Both the position numbers and the translations under genes were made by a program. Under the pieces are notes generated by a model that was not told where the DNA came from, searched no databases, and worked only from the letters and a program-made list of their open reading frames with translations. Below, piece by piece: positions 57,741-64,000 of a stretch of 64,000 bases of DNA (position 1 is its first letter; each line of letters starts with the position of its first letter). The DNA is from Pseudonocardiaceae bacterium (lineage in GTDB: Bacteria; Actinomycetota; Actinomycetes; Mycobacteriales; Pseudonocardiaceae): positions 28,941 through 92,940 of the forward strand of contig JBOHFR010000009.1 of NCBI GenBank assembly GCA_050699715.1, in the 5' to 3' direction.

Positions 57741-59062
57741 GCGATAGGCGGCACCTGCTCGTCGTTGCTGTGCAGTGCAGGGCGGAGCAGGAACTGGCAC
57801 GGTTGGCCGAGGCCGCCGGTGGCCTTTGTTCTGTGCTCATTGACGAGACGCTCGGCGCCTGCAAGCCCGGGTTGCCTGATGGCAGGGTGATTCTGTCCGG
57901 GGAGGATCTCACCGCGGATGACATCAATGAAAAGGTACGCATCGCAATCCGACACGCGGGTGAGAATGACGCCACCCTGGTGCTGGCATTCCTCGGTCAC
58001 GGCTTTGTTCCTGGCCAGGTACCGACGCTCTACCTGATGGCTCCTGAGTCGGCGGCCTCGAGCGGTGACTACGCCACCGTGGAGCACTTGGCGCTGTGCT
58101 ACCCGGTGAGCGATGGCACCTGTCGGACCCAACTGGCCAGGTTCGTGGTGGCGTTGGCAGTGGAAGCGGGCCGGGATATCGAGGCCCAGGAGCTGAGGGA
58201 GTGGGCAACCTCGGTCGAGGGGATCGTGGAGCTGAACAACGCGGTCGAGGCGCTGCGGCAACGCGACGACGTCCGGCGAGTTCGCCTCATCGTGAGTCTG
58301 CACGTCTCGTTAGCCGGTGACTGGCCCGACACGATCGTCGCCTGGCTGCTTCACGCTGGCAAGATGTATGAGCGGACGGAGATCCCGTGTGAACCAGACA
58401 AGCTGGGGGTAGAAAGCGCACTCATTGATGCGGTCGACTGGGCTGAGGACCATGCGAGGAAGCTCGGGCTGATGTTGCGGCACGTAGACGTGGCCGTCCC
58501 GACGGCGCTCCTTCTCCGGTGGCGACCGGAGGAGGTCGCCTATGTGCAGCGGCTGGGTCTAGAATACGAAGTCGTCACTCGATGGAGCGATCGACTCAAG
58601 CGATCAAAGGCGATGGCCCGGGCGATCAACCACGCAGCCAGACGGCTCGCCGAGATCGCCGCATGCGCAACGGTGGCGCCAGTGGACTGGCTGGACAGTC
58701 ATGACCTGGCGGACCTTGCTCAACTGCGAGACCAGCTCGTCAACGGTAGATACAGCAAGGCGCTCGCTCTGGCCAGCCGCCCTCGCGACGCTGAGGACCT
58801 GATGGCACTCCTGCTCACCCACTCGCCAATTGTGCTGTGGCCGCATGTCGTGGATGAGTTTCCTGAGGAGAGGCGCGGCTGCTTGGCGACGTGCTGGCAC
58901 CGCATGCCGGGGGAGTTTCTCACCATGTACCGGATGCGGTGGCGCGATGAACCCACCGGGGACGCTGGCGACCTACGGGCAGTGTGGGACGACGAGGACT
59001 GGCTCAACTTCTGCCGTTCCTTCCAGTACGGAGAGTCAGCGAACTCAGGGAGTACGTCATGA
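57737..59062 (+). CDS. vWA-MoxR-associated protein (VMAP-like): caspase-like N-terminal region + VMAP-C-like C-terminal region
   Basis: N-terminus 'HLLVVAVQ...ATLVLAFLGHGF' (caspase/CHAT-like beta-alpha pattern with a GHG; catalytic Cys not identified). Position and overlaps (4 nt each side) tie it to the MoxR and vWA genes. The family call is from memory of published in-silico descriptions. Confidence 0.6.
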   Translation: MSDRRHLLVVAVQCRAEQELARLAEAAGGLCSVLIDETLGACKPGLPDGRVILSGEDLTADDINEKVRIAIRHAGENDATLVLAFLGHGFVPGQVPTLYLMAPESAASSGDYATVEHLALCYPVSDGTCRTQLARFVVALAVEAGRDIEAQELREWATSVEGIVELNNAVEALRQRDDVRRVRLIVSLHVSLAGDWPDTIVAWLLHAGKMYERTEIPCEPDKLGVESALIDAVDWAEDHARKLGLMLRHVDVAVPTALLLRWRPEEVAYVQRLGLEYEVVTRWSDRLKRSKAMARAINHAARRLAEIAACATVAPVDWLDSHDLADLAQLRDQLVNGRYSKALALASRPRDAEDLMALLLTHSPIVLWPHVVDEFPEERRGCLATCWHRMPGEFLTMYRMRWRDEPTGDAGDLRAVWDDEDWLNFCRSFQYGESANSGSTS

Positions 59063-60024
59063 GCTGGAGTTCTCTTTACCAGGGCGATGGGGAGCCGCGG
59101 GATGTGCAGCTACCGGAACCACCGCCGTGGCGAACCTTCCCGAGGCCATCTCTGGGCAGGGTCTTTCAACCGCCCGAAGGGTTGGTAGACGCCGTGAACG
59201 CGGCTCTGTGCTTGCGTCGCCCGATGTTGATCACAGGTGTTGCGGGGTCGGGCAAGTCCACGGTCATCGAGTCGGTGGCCGAAGAGCTCCAGCTGGGAGC
59301 GGTACTGCGTTGGCATGTCACCTCGCGCAGTACCCTAGACGACGCGCTGTACCGCTACGACGTGCTCGGGCGCATCCACGCTCAGCAACTGGATCAGGCA
59401 ACCGGAACTCACAGCGTTCTCGGCGGCCCCCATGCTCGCCCTGCCGAAGATATAGGGCCCTTCCTGCAGCTTGGCCCGCTGGGAACGGCGCTGGTGCCGA
59501 CGCCGCGACCTAGGGCGTTGCTGGTCGACGAGATCGACAAGGGTGACCTCGACTTACCCAGCGATCTGCTCGAAGTGCTTGAGCGTGGCGAGTTCGAGGT
59601 CCGCGAGCTAGCCCGCTATGAGCAGGAAGAGGTCGCCGTCCGGGAGTGGGGCAGCGACCGACGGCATGTGCTCAGAAGGGGCCGGGTCCAGTGCACCGAG
59701 TTCCCCTTCATTGTGATGACAAGCAACGGCGAGCGAGATTTCCCCCCACCGTTCCTGAGGCGTTGTATCCGCTTCAGCATGCCAGCACCCACCTCCAGCA
59801 TGATCACCCGAGTCGTCGAGGCTCATCTGAGCCAGCATGTGACAGATGGTGGCCCGATGGCCGATCTGGTGGAACAGTTCATGCGGCGCATTGAAGGACG
59901 CCAGCAACTCGCGGTCGACCAGCTGCTCAACGCGGTGTTCCTGCTAAGCGGGGACGAGGCACCCCAAGGGCACCAACGTGAACGGCTCGTTGAGAGCCTG
60001 CTGCGCGAGTTGTCCCGTGCCTGA
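59059..60024 (+). CDS. MoxR-like AAA+ ATPase
   Basis: 'LPEPPPWRTFP' N-terminus. Walker A 'GVAGSGKST'. Walker B 'LLVDEIDKGDLDLPSDLLEVLERGEFEV'. 'FIVMTSNGERDFPPPFLRRC'. Confidence 0.85.
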   Translation: MSWSSLYQGDGEPRDVQLPEPPPWRTFPRPSLGRVFQPPEGLVDAVNAALCLRRPMLITGVAGSGKSTVIESVAEELQLGAVLRWHVTSRSTLDDALYRYDVLGRIHAQQLDQATGTHSVLGGPHARPAEDIGPFLQLGPLGTALVPTPRPRALLVDEIDKGDLDLPSDLLEVLERGEFEVRELARYEQEEVAVREWGSDRRHVLRRGRVQCTEFPFIVMTSNGERDFPPPFLRRCIRFSMPAPTSSMITRVVEAHLSQHVTDGGPMADLVEQFMRRIEGRQQLAVDQLLNAVFLLSGDEAPQGHQRERLVESLLRELSRA

Positions 60025-63000
60025 AAACATCGAGTCGCTGGTCGGCTGGCTGAGGGAGTTCGACCGGCGGCTGGACGCTACGGCGATCGCGGACACGCTC
60101 TGGCTCTCGGCAAGTATGCTCGCTGCAGGCCTGTCCGCCGCGACCCCCCTTCCGCCGAGGACCGGGACTCACTGGCAACCGGACTTATCGCGACATCTCG
60201 AGCGGAAACTGCTGGAGCCCTCCAGGAGGCTGCACGACATCGCCCTGACCAGGAAAGATCCAACCGGTGCCCGGCGTGGGCTGCCGGTGCAGGCTCCGAA
60301 GGGACGGCCACTCTCCAGGCAGCTGGATCTCTCGCGGTCACTGCGCCCGTTCAAACGGCCGTGGCCGGTCGGCCTTCGATCCGAGATCGACCTCAACGCC
60401 ACTGCGAGGCAGTACGCCCGTACCCACAGGCTGATCCCCGTGTTCCGGGCCGCCCCTGAACACTGGTTCGGCGCGGACGTTGTGGTCGACGATTCGGCGT
60501 CGATGACGATCTGGGACGATGCCGTTACCGAGTTCACCCAACTGCTGCACCGGCTCGGCGCATTCCGGACTATCCGCTCCTGGCAACTCACAGTGCAGGG
60601 CTCAACCGCAAGCCTGCGAGACCTACGCGGTGATATTCGTCAACCAGATCAACTCCGTTCGGCTGATCATCGACGCGTCATCCTCGTACTGTCGGATTGC
60701 TCGTCCGACGGGTGGTTCACGTCGGCGCCTTGGCAGATCCTGAGGAGGTGGGCGGAGTCAACGTCGACAGCGCTGATTAGCCCGCTGCCGATGAAACTCT
60801 GGGACCGAACTGGCCTGGATCTGCCGGCTGTGAGAGCAGGCCCAGGCTTACCCGGCTGCCCCAACGTCGGCCTCCGATACCGGCTCCCGGTGCTGTTGCA
60901 CGATGCCGCCCATAAAGGCCAGCGTTGGGTACCGCTGCCAGCTATGGCTTTGACGCCCCACTCACTGGAGCGTTGGGCGGCGACGTTGATGCGGGCCGAC
61001 CCCACCGGTTGCGACGTGTTGCTCATCCCGCCGGCGGGTCGGTTGTCTGACGCTGACAACGTGTCCGAGGACGTTTCCGACGATCCGGTCGGGCCTCTGG
61101 ATGGTCACGAACGTGTCAAGACATTCCGGCTGACCGCCTCATCGACGGCAGTCCGACTCGCGACCCTCTGCGCGCCACTCACCCAGGTGAGCCTCCCCGT
61201 TCTCGAGATCATCGGGCAGACACTGGTGCCCGAAGCCACCACGGTGGACTTGGCCGAAGTCATCCTGAGCGGCCTGTTCACTGTCTCCAACCCAAACGGG
61301 CACACAATGTTGGGCTTTCGCGACGGTGTGCAGGCCGCGCTGCAGAAGATGCTCATAGCTCCCGAGGCGTGGCGAACCTATGAGACCCTAAGCCGCTATG
61401 TCGCTGAAAACGTCGCCCCGAGGGGAAGGTTCACCGCGCTGGTGGACGACCCAGTAGGTGAGGGGCAAATCTCCGTTGCATTGCGGCCGTTTGCCGAGGC
61501 ATCGCATGACGTGCTCCGCCTTCTCACCAATACTGCTCCTGTAGTTGCGACTGCTCCTGTGGTTGCGCCAGCGGCACCCACCTCACCACCTGAGACAACG
61601 GAGACGCCGCAGGTCGTGGTCAGGGGCCCGCGCCAGGCGGCACAGCTGGTTACGTTGCCTAAGACATCACAGGTTGCGGTCAGGGGCCCGCACCGGGCAT
61701 CGCTGGTCACGCTGCCCAAGATGCCGCACGGTGATCTGATGGCGCCGGTGCTCGATGACCCTCAGGTGCCCGAGCGCAAGCGGCTCTGTCCGAATCCCGA
61801 CTGCCGCCCTCAACCAAGCCGGGCCCGCAACGGCCGGCCCGGCTTGGTTGAGGGCTTCTGCTCGCGATGTGGGACTGAGTACTCTTTCCGGCCGCTACTG
61901 CCGCCCGGAGCGCTGATCCACGACGGCCAATTCGAGGTAGAGGGCGCGATAGCCCACGGTGGGCTCGGCTGGGTGTACCGGGCCTGGGATCGTCGGGTTC
62001 AGCGCCAGGTGGTGCTCAAGGGCCTGATCAACCCCGAAGACCCGGACACCCGCCAAGCTGCAGTCGCCGAGTTGGCCGCGCTGGCCAAAGCCACCCACCC
62101 GAACATCGTCACCGTGCACACCGTAGTCCGCCATCCCCACCCACTCACCGGACACGATGTCGACTACATCGTGATGGAATGCCTCAGCGGCAAATCACTC
62201 AAGCAACTGCGCGAGGAGCGCCCAGACAGCGATCCTTACCTGCCGGTGGATCACGTCTGCGGGTTTGCGCTCATGGTGCTGGCCGCGCTAGATCACCTGC
62301 ACGTGCAGCTTGGCCTGCTGCACTGCGACGTGTCTGCGGACAACGTGTTCCACTCCACCAGCGGTGTCAAACTGATCGACCTCGGGGCGGTCCGCCGCAT
62401 CGACGACTGGGACAACCTGATCATATGGGGGAGAACTGGCTACCAGGACCCGGACATCACCACCCACGGCCCCTCGGTCGCGACCGATCTCTACAGCGTC
62501 GCCCGGATGATGGCCATCCTCAGCTTCCCCTTCCCAGGATTTTTCGACGACGAGCCAATTCCAGGCCCAGATGAGGTGGAGCTGCTGGCGCAGCACCCTT
62601 CCTTCGCCAGACTGCTGCGCCACGCGACCAACCCCGGCCCCCAGCACCGGTTCACCTCCGCCGCGGACATGGCAGAACAGCTCGAAGGTGTGCTGCGAGA
62701 GATCCGCGCGGTCCAGGAGAGCCGACCGTTCCCCGCCGCCTCGACCCTGTTCGGGCCAGAGCTACGGGTAGTAGGGGCCGATCCGGCCACCTTCCCCACC
62801 GAGGCCCCGGACCCAGTCGCCGCAGCGCTGGCCCTGCCCGACCCCCAGGTCGATCCCACCGATCCACACGTCAGTTTGCTGGCCACGATCGGTGCGGAGA
62901 ATCCTCATGAGGTCGAGCGGGTGCTGGCTTCGTTGCCCGACCCGTCGTTGGAGACGCGGTTGCGGGTGGTGCGCGCCCGGATCGAGCTGCGCCATCCCCA

Positions 63001-63457
63001 TACCGCCAACGACCTCGACGCGCTAGCCCATCAACAACCGGATGACTGGCGGGTCGACTGGTACCAAGGGCTGCACTCGCTAATCGGCGGCCACGTCAAC
63101 GACGCCCGCCAGCACTTCACCGCTGTCCTTGACGCGATACCGGGAGAAGCCGCGCCCAAACTAGCCCTAGCACTATGCGCGGCCCGCGAGGGTGCCCCTG
63201 AGTTTGCCGCGCAGTACTACGCGAGCGTGTGGCGAACCGACCAGTCCTACGTGAGCGCCGCGTTCGGGCTCGCCCGCGCTCGGTTGGCCCTCGGTGACAT
63301 TGCTGGCACGGCCGCCGCGTTGCAGACCGTACCGGCGAACTCCCGCTACGCCATCCCGGCCCAGCTGTGCGCGATCCTGGCCCAGGCCCGTGGATACACC
63401 ACCGGGCAACCCCCGTCCCCGACTTCTTCACCGCCGCCGAGCAACTGTCCACCCTAG
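60017..63457 (+). CDS. vWA (MIDAS) domain fused to a PknG-like rubredoxin-Ser/Thr kinase-TPR module; reading frame breaks near 63410
   Basis: vWA: 'VVVDDSASM' (DxSxS), 'VILVLSDCSSDGW'. Rubredoxin-like 'CPNPDC...CSRCG'. Kinase nearly collinear with the remembered M. tuberculosis PknG ('VVLKGL', 'YIVMECLSGKSLK', 'KLIDLGAVRRI', 'GPSVATDLYSV', 'RFTSAADMAEQLEGVLREI', 'FTAVLDAIPGEAAPKLALA', 'AAFGLARARLALGD'). GTG start overlaps the MoxR stop by 8 nt. Confidence 0.85.
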   Translation: MPENIESLVGWLREFDRRLDATAIADTLWLSASMLAAGLSAATPLPPRTGTHWQPDLSRHLERKLLEPSRRLHDIALTRKDPTGARRGLPVQAPKGRPLSRQLDLSRSLRPFKRPWPVGLRSEIDLNATARQYARTHRLIPVFRAAPEHWFGADVVVDDSASMTIWDDAVTEFTQLLHRLGAFRTIRSWQLTVQGSTASLRDLRGDIRQPDQLRSADHRRVILVLSDCSSDGWFTSAPWQILRRWAESTSTALISPLPMKLWDRTGLDLPAVRAGPGLPGCPNVGLRYRLPVLLHDAAHKGQRWVPLPAMALTPHSLERWAATLMRADPTGCDVLLIPPAGRLSDADNVSEDVSDDPVGPLDGHERVKTFRLTASSTAVRLATLCAPLTQVSLPVLEIIGQTLVPEATTVDLAEVILSGLFTVSNPNGHTMLGFRDGVQAALQKMLIAPEAWRTYETLSRYVAENVAPRGRFTALVDDPVGEGQISVALRPFAEASHDVLRLLTNTAPVVATAPVVAPAAPTSPPETTETPQVVVRGPRQAAQLVTLPKTSQVAVRGPHRASLVTLPKMPHGDLMAPVLDDPQVPERKRLCPNPDCRPQPSRARNGRPGLVEGFCSRCGTEYSFRPLLPPGALIHDGQFEVEGAIAHGGLGWVYRAWDRRVQRQVVLKGLINPEDPDTRQAAVAELAALAKATHPNIVTVHTVVRHPHPLTGHDVDYIVMECLSGKSLKQLREERPDSDPYLPVDHVCGFALMVLAALDHLHVQLGLLHCDVSADNVFHSTSGVKLIDLGAVRRIDDWDNLIIWGRTGYQDPDITTHGPSVATDLYSVARMMAILSFPFPGFFDDEPIPGPDEVELLAQHPSFARLLRHATNPGPQHRFTSAADMAEQLEGVLREIRAVQESRPFPAASTLFGPELRVVGADPATFPTEAPDPVAAALALPDPQVDPTDPHVSLLATIGAENPHEVERVLASLPDPSLETRLRVVRARIELRHPHTANDLDALAHQQPDDWRVDWYQGLHSLIGGHVNDARQHFTAVLDAIPGEAAPKLALALCAAREGAPEFAAQYYASVWRTDQSYVSAAFGLARARLALGDIAGTAAALQTVPANSRYAIPAQLCAILAQARGYTTGQPPSPTSSPPPSNCPP

Positions 63458-63747
63458 AACTTGACGAATGGCAGCGCGAGCAGGCAATCGCGGAAGTGCT
63501 CGAAACCGTCCTGAGCTGGGAGGACGCGGGCCGACCGTGGTCAGCGAGGACAACCACACCGATCCCGGCCACCCTGTTCGGCCACCCCTTCAACGAGCAC
63601 GGCGTGCGCGACCGGCTGGAGTCCGCCTACCGCAAGCTCGCTCAGCTAGCTCCCACCAAGGAGCAACGGATCCGCTTCGTCGACCAGGCCAACGACTGCC
63701 GCAACCGGCGCACCTTGAGGAGCGCCTGGCGCAGGATCTGGAGCTAG
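63400..63747 (+). pseudogene. Out-of-frame C-terminal continuation of the PknG-like gene
   Basis: ORF 63367..63747 encodes 'ATLFGHPFNEHGVRDRLESAYRKLAQLAPTKEQRIRFVDQANDCRNRR'. This matches the PknG C-terminal end ('ILGFPFTSHGLRLGVEASLRSLARVAPTQRHRYTLVDMANKVRP'). The shift coincides with a C5 run at about 63410..63414. Confidence 0.7.
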
Positions 63748-64000
63748 CGCAGTCAGCGGGGTCACGGTACACCCGCGCCGGCCGCTGGAGGCCCCATCAA
63801 GTTTTGGCGAGGTACAGTCGGCCCACGTCGCAGAAACCAGGACCCGAGCGCCAGACGCCGGGCTCCGATCGGGCTCCGCAGTTTTGTGCGAACCCGACAC
63901 TGCCCGGCACCAGGCGACACTCGAAACCAGCGTGCATGGCCGCTGACCTGCACTAACCGGCCCTCACCACCGCTACCCGACACCACGCGACACTTGGCGC

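Noticed and set aside
63468-63956. 162-aa plus-strand ORF at the window end
   Set aside because: It is in a different frame from the PknG-like C-terminal continuation. Arg/Pro-rich with no motif.

Overview
High-GC actinobacterial chromosome segment: three conserved core blocks separated by accessory insertions. Core blocks are (a) hemL, a histidine phosphatase and a ResA-like thioredoxin (5.2-8.0 kb, minus); (b) lsr2, an rlmB-like methyltransferase and cysS (18.9-21.8 kb, minus); (c) ispF-ispD-carD, an lpqE-like lipoprotein and radA (32.2-36.2 kb). From memory, this gene order matches Mycobacterium tuberculosis Rv0524-0526 and Rv3579c-Rv3585. Accessory content: (i) Two NLR-like TIR/WD40 NTPases: a frameshifted WD40-Roc-COR-TIR (0.9-4.0 kb) and an intact TIR-STAND-TM-14xWD40 (10.5-14.5 kb). 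(ii) A decayed stretch (14.7-17.5 kb): a broken membrane protein, an MBOAT::ADH deletion scar, and a frameshifted PIN toxin with its antitoxin. (iii) A ~10 kb, partly AT-richer cassette inserted exactly between cysS and ispF (21.9-32.1 kb). It has an EEP-nuclease::SAM-methyltransferase fusion plus a LysR regulator, divergent from a tightly coupled operon: dCTP-deaminase-like, HIT-like, ATP-grasp-like, cysteine desulfurase, N-terminally truncated PPDK-like phosphotransferase and MazG-like NTP pyrophosphatase. This is my top candidate for an undescribed nucleotide/DNA-modifying or defence system. (iv) Two tandem RimK-like ATP-grasp ligases followed by a serine-cycle operon glyA-sga-mcl-mtkAB-hprA-gck (38.2-48.9 kb). 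(v) An IS6 element, tRNA-Lys(UUU) and IS/GHKL debris (49.9-56.6 kb). (vi) A four-gene, overlapping-ORF vWA-MoxR-type conflict operon (56.8-63.7 kb) whose vWA protein is fused to a PknG-like rubredoxin-kinase-TPR module. Four XRE-HTH/TPR-type regulators (one partial, one truncated) flank the accessory modules. Several accessory genes carry single frameshifts or in-frame stops, mostly at short homopolymers, so either assembly errors or ongoing pseudogenisation. No rRNA gene and no CRISPR array seen. All family calls come from motif recognition by eye; no database search was run.
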